From NCBI GenBank assembly GCA_003221005.1, contig QHTZ01000066.1:806-64805 (forward strand): 64,000 nt of DNA, read 5' to 3'. This document shows positions 19,312 to 30,498 of the stretch, piece by piece. Origin of the DNA: Gemmatimonadota bacterium. Lineage in GTDB: Bacteria > Gemmatimonadota > Gemmatimonadetes > Gemmatimonadales > GWC2-71-9. The notes beneath the pieces are model-generated. The model ran no database searches. It was given only the letters and a program-made list of their open reading frames with translations, and had not been told where the DNA came from. The position numbers and the translations under genes were made by a program. Each line of letters starts with the position of its first letter. The stretch's first letter is position 1.

Positions 19312-19964
19312 CCTTCTGGCTCGCCGGACCTGAACGGCGCGTGCTGCGCGCGATCGCCGCGCGCATCCCGCTGCGCTGGCGCCCCAACCATTTCACGGTC
19401 CTCGGCGTCCTCGCGGCGACCGGCGCGGGCGCCGCGTACGCGCTGGCCCGGCACGGCGCCGGGTGGCTGTGGGCGGCGAGCGCGCTGCTCGTGGTCCAAT
19501 GGCTCGGGGATAGCCTGGACGGCACGCTGGCGCGCGTCCGCAACGTAGAGCGCCCGCGCTACGGCTACTACCTCGATCACATGACCGACGCGTACTCGAC
19601 AGCCGTCATCGGGGCCGGCATCGGCTTGTCGCACTACGTCCACCTGGGACTGGCGCTGGCGCTGGTGGTGCTCTACCTCGGCCTCTCGATCAACGTGTAC
19701 CTCGAGTCGCAGGTGCTGGGCCGCTTTCAATTGGGGTACGGCCGCGTCGGCCCCACAGAGGCCCGGATCGTGTTGATCGGGTTGAACACGGCCCTGGCGC
19801 TATACCGCGAGGTCCCCGAAGGCGCGTGGACCGCGCTCACGTCGGTGGAGAACGTGGTGACCGCGCTGCTCGTGGTGGGCTTGCTGGGCCTGCTCGTGGC
19901 CCGGTTCGCGCGGAACGTGAGCGTGCTCGCCAAGCTGGAGCCACAGTTCAAGAAGAACGTGTAG
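19287..19964 (+). CDS. CDP-alcohol phosphatidyltransferase family protein
   Basis: 225 aa. Signature D-x2-DG-x2-AR-x8-G-x3-D-x3-D present as DSLDGTLARVRNVERPRYGYYLDHMTD. Confidence 0.75.
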   Translation: MATPTRELTFWLAGPERRVLRAIAARIPLRWRPNHFTVLGVLAATGAGAAYALARHGAGWLWAASALLVVQWLGDSLDGTLARVRNVERPRYGYYLDHMTDAYSTAVIGAGIGLSHYVHLGLALALVVLYLGLSINVYLESQVLGRFQLGYGRVGPTEARIVLIGLNTALALYREVPEGAWTALTSVENVVTALLVVGLLGLLVARFARNVSVLAKLEPQFKKNV

Positions 19965-19965
19965 C

Positions 19966-20029
19966 GGGACACGGGAAACGGGAAACGTCCGTCGCCTCAC
20001 GTTTCCCCTTTCCCCTTTCCCGTTTCCCG
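19966..20029. repeat. heptad hairpin (element b), probable terminator
   Basis: GGGACAC GGGAAAC GGGAAAC G, 12-nt loop, then C GTTTCCC CTTTCCC CTTTCCC GTTTCCC G. Followed by GTAGAGTTTTCTCTC. Lies directly after the stop at 19962-19964. Confidence 0.85.
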
Positions 20030-20044
20030 TAGAGTTTTCTCTCC

Positions 20045-21285
<1,241 letters not shown>

Positions 21286-21289
<4 letters not shown>

Positions 21290-22527
21290 AGCTCCACTCG
21301 GTCTCCGAAGGCTGGCTCATCGCCCTGGACCAGCTCCGGGCCAACAAGCTCCGCTCGGGACTCACGATCCTCGGCGTCGTCATCGGCGTCGCGACGGTGA
21401 TGGCCATGGCGTCCATCGTCCAGGGCATCCGCGACCAGATCATGAACACCATCGAGGTCGCGGGCCCGACCACGTTCTACATCATGCGGTTCTTCTCGTC
21501 CACGCCGCTCAATCCAGACGCGCTGCCAAAGGAGGTCCGGATCCGGCCGGTGATCAAGCCCGAGGAGGCGGCCGCGATCGCGCGCCTCCCCGAGATCCGC
21601 TACGCCGGGGTTTGGGTGCAGCTGTTCCAGCGCATGGAGTATCAGGGCACCCACACTCAGGTGCTCACCGTGTTCGGCGCGGACGATCATTACATGGAGA
21701 TCCAAGGCGGCACGCTGCTCGACGGGCGGTTCTTCACCACGTCGGAGGTCCGCGGGGGCGTGCCCGTGATCGTGATCGAGCGGCGGTTCGCCGACAAGCT
21801 GTTCGGGCGGCTCGATCCGCTGGGGCGTGTGCTGCGCGTCTCCGGCAAGCCGCTGCGGGTGATCGGGGTGTACCAGAACCCCGACAACATCTTCCAGCCG
21901 CCCAGTCAGGAGATCGGAGCCATCATGCCGTTCGAGGCGGCGCGCCGGTTCTTCCGCTACGACGAGACCAACGCGCTGTGGATCGTGGTCAAGCCGCGGG
22001 ACGGCGTCAGCGTCGCGCGCGCCATGGACGAGGTGACGGTGCTGTTGCGCCGCGCACGCGGCATCCGCACCGCCGACCCCAACAGCTTTGATCTCATCAC
22101 CCAGGACCAGATCCTCGACGTCTTCAACCAGCTGACGGTCGTGTTCCTGCTCGTGATTCTCGTGCTGTCGAGCGTGGCGCTGCTGGTGGGCGGGATCGGG
22201 GTGATGGCGATCATGATGGTCTCGGTGACGAGCCGGACGCACGAGATCGGCGTTCGCAAGGCCCTGGGGGCGACCCGGCGCGAGATCCTGTGGCAGTTTC
22301 TCGTCGAGGCCGCCACACTCACGCTGATGGGGGGCATCCTCGGCGTCGGCCTGGGCATGATGACGGGTCAGGGCATCAAGCTCGCCTTGAACTTCGAGAC
22401 GCGGGTGCCGCTATGGAGCACGGTCGTCGCGTGCCTCGTGTCCATTCTCATCGGTCTGGTGTTCGGCATCGCGCCGGCGGCGCGGGCGGCGAGGCTGGAT
22501 CCGGTGGAGGCGTTGAGATACGAATGA
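21286..22527 (+). CDS. FtsX/MacB-type ABC transporter permease
   Basis: ATG 21286 overlaps the previous stop (ATGA). 413 aa. MKLHSVSEGWLIALDQLRANKLRSGLTILG.., SRTHEIGVRKALGATRREILWQFL, LDPVEALRYE. Confidence 0.85.
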
Positions 22528-22540
22528 ACACCAATGCGGA

Positions 22541-23284
22541 ATGCTTCCCCGAGGGGCCATGACGTCCCAACAGGTCGACCTCTTGGCGATCGCCGCCCAC
22601 CGCGACGACGTCGAGCTCACGTGCGGTGGCACGCTCGCGAAGGCGGCGCGCGCGGGGAACCGCGTCGGCATCATCGACCTCACGCAAGGCGAGACCGGCA
22701 CACGAGGCGACGCGGCCACGCGGGCCGCCGAGGCCGAGCGCGCGGCTGCGGCGCTGGGCGTGCAGGTGCGGCTCAACGCGGAGCTGCGCGACGGCTATCT
22801 CGCCAACGACGAGCCCTCACGCCGCCGGCTGATCGAGCTGATTCGGGCCACCCGGCCCCGGGTCGTCATCCTCCCATTCCCCGTCGGGCGGCACCCCGAC
22901 CACCGTGTCGCCTCCGAGCTCGGGCGTGACGTGTGCTACCTCGCCGGCCTCGCCAAGTACGACGCCCCCGGGGACCCGCACCGGCCGTTCAAGGTGCTGT
23001 ACGCCCTCGCCTACCGCGAAGACCCGGTGAAACCGTCGTTCGTGGTGGACATCTCGGACTGCTTCGAAGCGAAGCTGCGCGCCGTACGCTGCTACGCCTC
23101 GCAATTCGATGGCGCCAAGGCGGCGGGCGAGATCTTCCCCACCGGCCAGGACTTCTACGAGCTGATTCGCATCCAGTCGGCGCACTACGGCTCGCTCATC
23201 CGCAAACCGTACGGCGAGCCGTACTTCTGCCACGAGACGGTCGAAGTGCAAGACGTGCTGCAACTTGGCGTCGCGTCGTTGTGA
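22541..23284 (+). CDS. bshB1: PIG-L/LmbE-family deacetylase, BshB1-like
   Basis: 247 aa. AHRDDVELTCGGTLAK and IIDLTQGETGTRG are typical of bacillithiol-pathway N-acetylglucosaminyl-malate deacetylases. Confidence 0.7.
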   Translation: MLPRGAMTSQQVDLLAIAAHRDDVELTCGGTLAKAARAGNRVGIIDLTQGETGTRGDAATRAAEAERAAAALGVQVRLNAELRDGYLANDEPSRRRLIELIRATRPRVVILPFPVGRHPDHRVASELGRDVCYLAGLAKYDAPGDPHRPFKVLYALAYREDPVKPSFVVDISDCFEAKLRAVRCYASQFDGAKAAGEIFPTGQDFYELIRIQSAHYGSLIRKPYGEPYFCHETVEVQDVLQLGVASL

Positions 23285-23302
23285 CCTTTAGATTCCGCCC
23301 AG

Positions 23303-24478
23303 ATGCCTAAGCGTCCCGTCTATCTCGACCACGCCGCCACGACCGCGGTGCGCCCCGAGGTGCTCGAGGTCATGCTGCCGTTTCTCGGGCCCGACGCGTT
23401 TGGGAACCCCTCGTCCGCTCATCGCTTCGGCCGGGCCGCGCGCGCGGGGATCGAGGCCGCCAAGCGCACGATCGCCGAGGCGCTCGCCGCCGAGCCGAAC
23501 CAGGTGATCTTCACCTCGGGGGGCACCGAGGCGGACAACCTCGCGGTGGTCGGCGCGGCGCTCGCGTCGCGCGACGCGGGCGGGCCGTTCCGCGCGGCCG
23601 TGTCGGCCGTGGAGCACAAGGCCGTGCTCGCGGCGGCGCACTTCGTGGCGCACCTGGGGGGTGAGGAGGTCGTCCTCGCGGTGAATGCCTCGGGGGTGGT
23701 GGAGGCGGACGCGCTCGAGGACGCGCTGCGCCGCGGGGTCGGGCTGGTGAGCGTGATGTGGGTGAACAACGAGGTGGGGACGATCCAGCCGGTGCCGTCC
23801 CTCGCCGCGCGGTGTCGCGACGCGGGCGTGTGCTTCCATTCGGACGCGGTCCAGGCGTTCGGCAAGATCCCCGTGTCGGTCCGCGAGGCGGGGTGCAACT
23901 TCCTCACGATCTCGGGCCACAAGATCGGCGCCCCCAAGGGCATCGGCGCGCTCGTGGTGCGCGACCGGCGCGCGGTGGAAGCGATCATCCACGGCGGAGG
24001 GCAGCAGTTCGGGATCCGGCCGGGTACGGAGAACGTCCCGGGGATCGTGGCGCTCGGGAAGGCGGTCGAGCTCGCGGCCGCCGAACGGCCGGAGTTCGCG
24101 CGCCGCGTGTCCGCGCTGCGCGATGACTTCGAGCGACGGCTGCTCGACGTGGTCCCGGATGCGGTGATCAACGCGTGGCAGGCGGAGCGGGCCCCGCACG
24201 TGTCCAACGTGTCCATCCCGGGAACGGACAGCGAAGCGATGCTGATGCACCTCGACCTCGCGGGCGTCGCGTGCTCCTCGGGCTCGGCGTGCAGCACCGG
24301 CGCGGTCGAGCCCTCGCACGTGCTCACCGCCATGGGTGTCCCGCGCGAGCTCGGCGTCGCGGCCCTGCGGTTCTCCTTCGGCCGAGAGAACACTCCCGAG
24401 GACGTGGACGCGGCGATCGGGGCGCTCCCGCGGATCGTGGAGAAGGTGCGGGCGCTGGCGGCGGTGCTGCACCGGTGA
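23303..24478 (+). CDS. cysteine desulfurase (NifS/IscS family)
   Basis: 391 aa. PLP lysine context [11 protein letters not shown] and catalytic loop SSGSACSTG. Confidence 0.9.
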   Translation: MPKRPVYLDHAATTAVRPEVLEVMLPFLGPDAFGNPSSAHRFGRAARAGIEAAKRTIAEALAAEPNQVIFTSGGTEADNLAVVGAALASRDAGGPFRAAVSAVEHKAVLAAAHFVAHLGGEEVVLAVNASGVVEADALEDALRRGVGLVSVMWVNNEVGTIQPVPSLAARCRDAGVCFHSDAVQAFGKIPVSVREAGCNFLTISGHKIGAPKGIGALVVRDRRAVEAIIHGGGQQFGIRPGTENVPGIVALGKAVELAAAERPEFARRVSALRDDFERRLLDVVPDAVINAWQAERAPHVSNVSIPGTDSEAMLMHLDLAGVACSSGSACSTGAVEPSHVLTAMGVPRELGVAALRFSFGRENTPEDVDAAIGALPRIVEKVRALAAVLHR

Positions 24479-25533
24479 GGGACCGCGTCCTCGTAGCCAT
24501 GTCGGGCGGCGTCGACAGCTCAGTCGCCGCTGCGTTACTCGTAGAGGCAGGGTACGACGTCGTGGGCGCCACGATGAAGCTGTTCTGCTACGGCGACGAC
24601 GTTCCCGACCGCCCCTGCTGCTCGCTGGACTCGATCACCGACGCGCGGCTCGTCGCCCATCGGCTCGGCATTCCGCACTATGTGCTGAACTTCGAGAACA
24701 GGTTCGGGCACGATGTGATCGAGAACTTCGTTGCCGAGTACGCGCGCGGCCGCACGCCGATCCCCTGCGTGCGCTGCAACTCGTTCACCAAGTTTCGCGA
24801 CTTCTTGTACCACGCCGATGCCCTCGACTGCGCGTACATCGCGACCGGGCACTACGTGATCGCTCGCAATGGCGCCCTCTATCGCGCCCGCGATCGCGGC
24901 AAGGACCAGACGTACTTCCTGTGGGGGATCGACCGCGGCGTGGTGGCCCGCATGCTCACCCCGGTGGGCGCCCTGACCAAGCCGGAGACGCGCGCCGTGG
25001 CGCGGCGCCTCGGGCTCGTCACCGCGGAGAAGCCGGAGTCGGTCGAGATCTGCTTCGTGCCCGACGACGACTACGTCGCCGTGCTCGAGCGCCACCTCCC
25101 CGCGCACGCCCCCGCGCTCGCGCCCGGGCCGCTCGTAACGGTCGGGGGCGAAGTGGTGGGCGAGCACGACGGCTTCGCCCGCTACACGGTCGGCCAGCGC
25201 CGCGGACTCCCGGGCGGGTTCGCCGAGCCGATGTACGTGGTGGCGATCCGGCCCGACACCCGCACCGTCGTGATCGGGACGGGGGAGGAGTTGTTCGGAC
25301 ACGAGGTGACGCTCACGGAAGTCAACTGGCTCGCCGAGCCGCTCGAGGAGAGCGATGCGGTGTGGGTCCAGTGCCGCTACCGGGCGAAGCCGGTTCCGGG
25401 CACGGTTCGTGCGCTGGCCCCAGCCGCGCTGCGGCTCCGGCTCGCGGAGCCGGTGCGCGCGATCACCCCCGGGCAGTCCGGCGCCCTGTACGACGCCGCC
25501 GGCCGCCTGCTCGGCGGCGGGGTCATCGCCTAA
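24475..25533 (+). CDS. mnmA: tRNA 2-thiouridine(34) synthase
   Basis: GTG 24475 overlaps the previous stop (GTGA). PP-loop [13 protein letters not shown], catalytic Cys contexts PCCSLDS and PCVRCN, DQTYFLW motif. Confidence 0.9.
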   Translation: MRDRVLVAMSGGVDSSVAAALLVEAGYDVVGATMKLFCYGDDVPDRPCCSLDSITDARLVAHRLGIPHYVLNFENRFGHDVIENFVAEYARGRTPIPCVRCNSFTKFRDFLYHADALDCAYIATGHYVIARNGALYRARDRGKDQTYFLWGIDRGVVARMLTPVGALTKPETRAVARRLGLVTAEKPESVEICFVPDDDYVAVLERHLPAHAPALAPGPLVTVGGEVVGEHDGFARYTVGQRRGLPGGFAEPMYVVAIRPDTRTVVIGTGEELFGHEVTLTEVNWLAEPLEESDAVWVQCRYRAKPVPGTVRALAPAALRLRLAEPVRAITPGQSGALYDAAGRLLGGGVIA

Positions 25534-25646
25534 GCCGGCGGCGCGTGTCGCGGGTCACAGCCGTTCCCGCTCGACGCGGCTAGATGTTCGAGCCTCAAGG
25601 TTCCAACGGTCCCAGCGCCCTAACTGACTTCCCACGGGAGGTGTAC

Positions 25647-26762
25647 ATGTCATTCCGTTCCCACGTGTGGGGCGCGGCGTTTGGCGTGGCAGGCCTAGCC
25701 CTCTTCCTCAGCGCGTGCAGCTCGTCAACGGCGCCCGTCTCGCTGAGCGACCCCGTCGCCACGGCCGCGCAGCTGGCGGCGCTCGACAGCGCGTTCGCCG
25801 CGCCCGTGGTGGCCAGCTTCCAATCCCTCGGCAGCTCGATCCATCCGCCGGCGCCGGTCGTTCACGCCGCCGTCGGAGCGCTGCGGACGGTACGGTCGCA
25901 AGCGGCACCGCAGCGTTACGCCATGCTCGCCACCCAGGGACGCACCCTCCAGCAGGTCGTGCCGATCTTCGCCTCGCTAGGCGCGACGAGCATCTTCCCG
26001 GACACCCTGCTCGGCGCCGTGTTCTCGTGGGACCCGAGCACGCACAGCTACTTCCGCAGCTCGAAGACAGGCGGCCCGCCCAACGGCATCCGCTTCCTGC
26101 TCTACGCCATCAACCCGCTGACCGACGAGCCCTCCACGCCCCTCACCCAGGTCGGATACGTCGACCTGCTCGACCAGAGCTCGGGTGGCACGGCGAGCCT
26201 CGAGATCCAGGTCAAGAACACCGACGGGTCGATCACGTACCTCGACTACACGTTCACGGGGTCCGGCACGAGCGCGAGCTTCATGGCCACTGTGACCGGC
26301 ACGATCACCAACGGTCTCGCAGGGTCCGCGAACAAGACGCTCACCTTTAGCCTCTCGATCACGGGCAACACCTCGTCGGTGACGTTGACCAGCACTTACA
26401 CGCTCAACAATCCCGCGGTGACGGTGCAGGAGACGGTGACGATCCTCGACGACGGGACCACCACGACGCTGACGATCAACTTCACCTTCACGCGCACGGG
26501 CGAAACGATTCAGCTCTCGGGCACCCTGTCCGCGTCTGACGCGACCGGTGACGGCACCATCAACCTCACGTTCAAGGTGAACGGCAGCACGTTCGCCACG
26601 ATCACCGGCTCGATCAGCAATCCCGTCATCGCTCGACCTGGCGGTGGGCAGCTCACTGCGGACGAGCTCAACGCCCTGATCCACGTGTTGGTGGCGTCCG
26701 AAGACGTGGGCGCGAGGATCAGCGACCTGTTCCAGCCCGCGGAGCAGATCCTCGGGTTCTAG
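25647..26762 (+). CDS. hypothetical lipoprotein, Thr/Ser-rich beta-strand protein
   Basis: ATG 25647 preceded by GGGAGG. Lipobox LFLSAC. C-terminal half made of T/S-rich strands (TLTFSLSITGNTSSVTLTSTYTL..). Confidence 0.5.
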   Translation: MSFRSHVWGAAFGVAGLALFLSACSSSTAPVSLSDPVATAAQLAALDSAFAAPVVASFQSLGSSIHPPAPVVHAAVGALRTVRSQAAPQRYAMLATQGRTLQQVVPIFASLGATSIFPDTLLGAVFSWDPSTHSYFRSSKTGGPPNGIRFLLYAINPLTDEPSTPLTQVGYVDLLDQSSGGTASLEIQVKNTDGSITYLDYTFTGSGTSASFMATVTGTITNGLAGSANKTLTFSLSITGNTSSVTLTSTYTLNNPAVTVQETVTILDDGTTTTLTINFTFTRTGETIQLSGTLSASDATGDGTINLTFKVNGSTFATITGSISNPVIARPGGGQLTADELNALIHVLVASEDVGARISDLFQPAEQILGF

Positions 26763-26788
26763 TCGGTCGCGCGAAACCGCGTTCTTTC

Positions 26789-26820
26789 CCCCGCCGGGCC
26801 TGGCTCGGCGGGGGATTTCG
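26789..26820 (+). terminator. rho-independent terminator
   Basis: Perfect 9-bp GC stem CCCCCGCCG / CGGCGGGGG with a 9-nt loop, followed by ATTTCG. Lies 27 nt after the stop at 26760-26762. Confidence 0.7.
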
Positions 26821-26841
26821 CTGTATAGAGGAGCATTGCGC

Positions 26842-27210
26842 ATGATCTACCGGATGCTCGCCGATGCGGTGGTGCTCGCCCACGCGCTGTTCGTGGGATT
26901 CGTGGTACTCGGCGGATTCCTGGTCTGGCGGTGGGGGTGGCTGGTGTGAGCGCACGTGCCGGCGGCCGTCTGGGGCGCGGCGATCGAGTACGGGGGGTGG
27001 GTCTGCCCGTTGACGCCGCTCGAGAACACGTTCCGCGCTCGCGCGGGGCTCGCGGGGTACGGCGGCGGCTTCGTGGAGCACTACGTGATCCCGCTGCTCT
27101 ACCCGGCTGACCTCACGGCTCCGAAGCAGGTGGTGCTCGGGACACTCGTGCTCCTCGTAAATCTCGTCGCCTACGGGGTGCTGGTGCGCCGCCTCCTCCG
27201 GGGGACGTGA
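26842..27210 (+). pseudogene. DUF2784-family membrane protein interrupted by an in-frame TGA
   Basis: ATG 26842 (after GAGGAG) gives MIYRMLADAVVLAHALFVGFVVLGGFLVWRWGWLV. An in-frame TGA follows at 26947-26949. The frame then continues AHVPAAVWGAAIEYGGWVCPLTPLEN.., the hallmark of DUF2784. Confidence 0.6.
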
Positions 27211-27226
27211 CCTGAGCGACCTCAGC

Positions 27227-28033
27227 TCACTCGCGAACCGTCCCCACCGGCAGCACGGCGACGATTCGCAGGGGCCCTCCAGTTCCGCCTTTGATCTTCA
27301 TCGGCAAGGCGATCACAAAGCTCCCGACGGGCGGGAGCGCCGACAGATGCGCCACGTTTTCGAACGCCGGGATGTCCGCCGCGAAGAGGATCTGGTGGGT
27401 GTCGAACGTCGTTGACTGCCCGCGGTCGATGCTGGGCGTGTCGATTCCGACCGCGCGCACGCGCCGCTGCACCAGCCAACGCGCCGCATCGGGGTGGATC
27501 CCGGGAAAGTGGAGCTCGTGAACGGCTGCCTGCCCGGTCTTCGTGGTCCCGAGATAGCGGGCGCGGTCGGGCCAGCGACTCCCCCAGCCGGTCCGGAACA
27601 GCACGAGCATCTCCTCCCCGACCGGGCCGTGCGCCTGCTCCCAGGCCATCAGGTCAGCGGGAGTGATCAAGTAGTCTCGGTCGGCGTCGGCCTGGCTACT
27701 CACGTCAACCACCGCGGCGCGACCGACCAATCTGGTGACGGGAATCTGGTCGGTCGTCCAGTGCCCTTCGGCGAAATGCACTGGGGCATCGAGGTGAGTC
27801 CCACCGTGCTCGGCCGCGGCGAAATTGTTGGCAGCGTAGTAGTATCCGCCGGGCGTGCGTTGGGCCGAGACCACTTCCAGCTGGAACGGCTTCGCGGTCG
27901 GCCAGTAGATGGTCTCGCTGGAAAAATCGTACGTGAGATCGACCCACGTCGCCCGCTGCAGCTGATCGAGTAGCGCAGGCCGCTGGCAGGCGGTGGCAGC
28001 GATTGCGAGGACGGCGATCAAGCGGCAGTTCAT
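27227..28033 (-). CDS. cyclase-family protein (kynurenine-formamidase-like)
   Basis: ATG 28033 (MNCRLIAVLAIAATAC). EHGGTHLDAPVHF metal-binding motif and DTPSID motif of the putative cyclase family. Confidence 0.75.
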   Translation of the reverse strand: MNCRLIAVLAIAATACQRPALLDQLQRATWVDLTYDFSSETIYWPTAKPFQLEVVSAQRTPGGYYYAANNFAAAEHGGTHLDAPVHFAEGHWTTDQIPVTRLVGRAAVVDVSSQADADRDYLITPADLMAWEQAHGPVGEEMLVLFRTGWGSRWPDRARYLGTTKTGQAAVHELHFPGIHPDAARWLVQRRVRAVGIDTPSIDRGQSTTFDTHQILFAADIPAFENVAHLSALPPVGSFVIALPMKIKGGTGGPLRIVAVLPVGTVRE

Positions 28034-28086
28034 ATGGGCCTCCGGTGTTCCACGGCCTTGGCAAGGACACGAGAAAGGGAATCGCG

Positions 28087-28320
28087 ATGATACAGCATCG
28101 GAAGTGGTACCTTCTGGCGCTCCCCTTGGCTCTCGCCGCTTGCCCCGGGAGTGAGTCGAAGAACGCGAGCTCCGGCACCACCGACACACTCACACAACGA
28201 CAGCGGGACAGCATCCTGGCCACGTCGCGGATCCCCGGCGCGCCAGGGGTCGGTGCGGCGATGCGAGCCGCGGACGCGACCACTGCCAAGATCCGGGCCG
28301 GGGACAGCGTAGCGCCGTGA
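28087..28320 (+). CDS. small hypothetical lipoprotein
   Basis: 77 aa from ATG 28087 with lipobox LALAAC. No family recognised. Confidence 0.4.
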   Translation: MIQHRKWYLLALPLALAACPGSESKNASSGTTDTLTQRQRDSILATSRIPGAPGVGAAMRAADATTAKIRAGDSVAP

Positions 28321-28799
28321 CCTCACCCCCTGACCCGCGGGTGTGGCTCGCGCTCACGCTCGTCGCCGCGTGCGGTCCCACCAACCCCTGCACGGCGTCG
28401 CGGATGCGCCTGGTGCGGCGTGCCGCGACGCCGTATGCGGGACGGTGGCGAGTGACGCGAGGCGACACCCTGACCCTGCCGCAGATGGGTGACCGCTTCA
28501 GGCTCGCGGAGATCAGGCTGGACACGGCGCGCGTGGTGGTGAGAGCGACCTGTCGCTTCCGCGGTGCGATCGCGTTCGCCGCGCCGCGTGCGGAAACGCT
28601 CGCCGTCACCTGGAGCGTCGCGCCGGATCAGGCGCTCATCTACGGCTGGCCCGCCGAGCTGGGGCCATTCGGCGGCATCGGCGCCGTGGTGACGGGGGAC
28701 TCGCTGCGGGGCGCGCTACTCTTCGATTCGCGGCTCGGCATCGAGGTCAAACCCGGCGTGACGGCGCAGTTCGTGGCCGGCCGTGTGCCGTTGCAGTAG
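28317..28799 (+). CDS. hypothetical lipoprotein
   Basis: 160 aa. Start overlaps the previous stop. Leader ALTLVAAC. Confidence 0.4.
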   Translation: MTSPPDPRVWLALTLVAACGPTNPCTASRMRLVRRAATPYAGRWRVTRGDTLTLPQMGDRFRLAEIRLDTARVVVRATCRFRGAIAFAAPRAETLAVTWSVAPDQALIYGWPAELGPFGGIGAVVTGDSLRGALLFDSRLGIEVKPGVTAQFVAGRVPLQ

Positions 28800-28807
28800 C
28801 TTCCAGT

Positions 28808-29293
28808 ATGCCCTTCACCCCTGCCGAGCGCGCGGCAATGATCGAGCGATATGAGCGCGGGCCCGCGCTCCTGAAGGCGGCCCTTGCCAAGGTGCCACGC
28901 GATGCGCTCCAGTGGCGTCCGGGGCCCAAGCGCTGGTCGGTGCACGAGATCATCGTGCACTGCGCCGATTCCGAGACGAACGGGCACGGCCGGCTCCGCT
29001 TTCTTCTCGCCGAGCAGAAGCCCGTGATTCAAGGGTACGACCAGGACCGTTGGTCTGAGACGCTCGACTACCACTCGTTGCCCCTCGAGCCGGCGCTGGC
29101 GACCGTCGAGGCGGTGCGCGCCAACACCGTGCCGATCCTGAAGCGCATGACCGACGCACAGTGGCGGCGCATCGGCCAGCATAGCGAGTCGGGGCCCTAC
29201 GCCGCGGAGGACTGGCTCGCGATCTACGCGGAGCACCTGGAAAGGCACTCCCGCCAGATCGAGCGCAACCTCGTGGCCTGGACTGACCGGTGA
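28808..29293 (+). CDS. DinB-family metal-dependent protein
   Basis: 161 aa. WSVHEIIVHCADSE and YAEHLERH histidine motifs of the DinB_2 four-helix bundle. Confidence 0.75.
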   Translation: MPFTPAERAAMIERYERGPALLKAALAKVPRDALQWRPGPKRWSVHEIIVHCADSETNGHGRLRFLLAEQKPVIQGYDQDRWSETLDYHSLPLEPALATVEAVRANTVPILKRMTDAQWRRIGQHSESGPYAAEDWLAIYAEHLERHSRQIERNLVAWTDR

Positions 29294-29685
29294 AGGGATT
29301 CCTCGTCCGGCTGCTCGTCACGGCGCTCGGCCTGTGGGCGGCGACGGCGATCGTGCCGGGCGTGACGATTCACGGCCTGGGCAGCCTGATCGGCGCCGCG
29401 CTGCTGCTTGGTCTCGTGAACGCGGTCATCCGTCCGATCATCCTCATCCTCACGCTGCCGTTGACCCTTCTCACCCTCGGGCTGTTCATTTTCGTCGTGA
29501 ACGGGATTTCGCTCGCGCTCGTCGCCTGGCTGATGCCCGGGTTCACGTTGAGCGGATTCGGCGCCGCGATCCTCGGCTCGATCGTCGTGGGGCTCACCGG
29601 CTGGGTGGCGTCGATTTTCATCGGCAGCACGGGGCGGCTCGAGCACATCCACCGCGTCGAGGTCACGGGCCGCCGCATCGACTGA
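29290..29685 (+). CDS. phage-holin-4_2 (DUF360) family membrane protein
   Basis: 131 aa. LGLWAATAIVPGV..., LLLGLVNAVIRPIILILTLPLTLLTLGLF typical of DUF360. Confidence 0.7.
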   Translation: MKGFLVRLLVTALGLWAATAIVPGVTIHGLGSLIGAALLLGLVNAVIRPIILILTLPLTLLTLGLFIFVVNGISLALVAWLMPGFTLSGFGAAILGSIVVGLTGWVASIFIGSTGRLEHIHRVEVTGRRID

Positions 29686-30074
29686 TGGAGCGAATCTTCG
29701 CCGTCAGCGGCGCCGTGTCGGCGTTTGTCGCGGTAGCGGCGGGGGCGTTCGGCGCCCACGCGCTCAAGGCGCGGCTCGACGCGGTGCGCCTCGCCGTGTT
29801 CGAGACGGCGGCGCGCTACCAGATATATCATGCCCTGGGTCTGCTCGCCGTCGCCTGGGCGCTGACGCGGTGGCCGGGACCGCCGGTGCGCGCGGCAGGC
29901 TGGTTGTTCCTGGCCGGCACGGTCGTGTTCTCGGGCAGCCTCTACGTCCTGGCCGCGACGGGCGCGCGCTGGCTCGGCGCGGTGACGCCACTGGGCGGGC
30001 TTTGCTTCCTCGCGGGATGGCTGTCCCTCGCGGTGGGCATTTGGGGAGGGGCTGGAGGGGGGGCCCGCACCTGA
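29685..30074 (+). CDS. DUF423-family membrane protein
   Basis: 129 aa. ATG overlaps the previous TGA. AAGAFGAHAL and ARYQIYHAL motifs. Confidence 0.7.
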   Translation: MERIFAVSGAVSAFVAVAAGAFGAHALKARLDAVRLAVFETAARYQIYHALGLLAVAWALTRWPGPPVRAAGWLFLAGTVVFSGSLYVLAATGARWLGAVTPLGGLCFLAGWLSLAVGIWGGAGGGART

Positions 30075-30093
30075 CGTCGCGCGCGTCGCCGCG

Positions 30094-30498
30094 ATGACCG
30101 CGCCGCCGCAGGCGGTGGCGGGGCTCGTCTGGGCCATTGTCGGCCCTCCGGTCGTCCTGTTCGCCGCCACGCGGGTGCGCCGCGGCCGCCTCCGGCTGCA
30201 CGCGGCGCTGATGCTCGCGAGCGTCGCGATCGAGCTCGCGGTGTTCGTGTCGTTCAAGCTCCTGATGGCGCCCGGCCCCCGGCGACCGCTCCTTACGGCG
30301 TTGCCGTTCTTCAAGGTCCACCTCGCGTTCGCCGTCGCGACCTTCGCGGGGCTCGCCTGGCAGCTCGCGAGCCGGGCCACTCCCCGGCTGCGCCCGCTGC
30401 ATCGGCACACCGGGCCTTATGTGGTCCTCGTGTGGTGTCTCGCTCTGCTCACGGGGGTCTACAACTACGTCTTTCTCTACCTGATGAGCCGCTCATGA
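30094..30498 (+). CDS. hypothetical 4-TM membrane protein (DUF420-like)
   Basis: 134 aa with four hydrophobic helices and a conserved-looking HR.TG segment. Family assignment is tentative. Confidence 0.4.
   Translation: MTAPPQAVAGLVWAIVGPPVVLFAATRVRRGRLRLHAALMLASVAIELAVFVSFKLLMAPGPRRPLLTALPFFKVHLAFAVATFAGLAWQLASRATPRLRPLHRHTGPYVVLVWCLALLTGVYNYVFLYLMSRS

Noticed and set aside
18648-20029. Possibility that the heptad arrays are CRISPR arrays.
   Set aside because: The units are 7 nt, directly abutting, with no unique spacers. No cas genes are present. The architecture is inverted arms, not a direct repeat-spacer array.
26947-26949. Selenocysteine or recoded TGA in the DUF2784 gene.
   Set aside because: The codon aligns with a Trp position rather than a Cys position in the family, as I recall it. 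No SECIS-like hairpin is evident immediately downstream. TGA clearly terminates other genes in the window.
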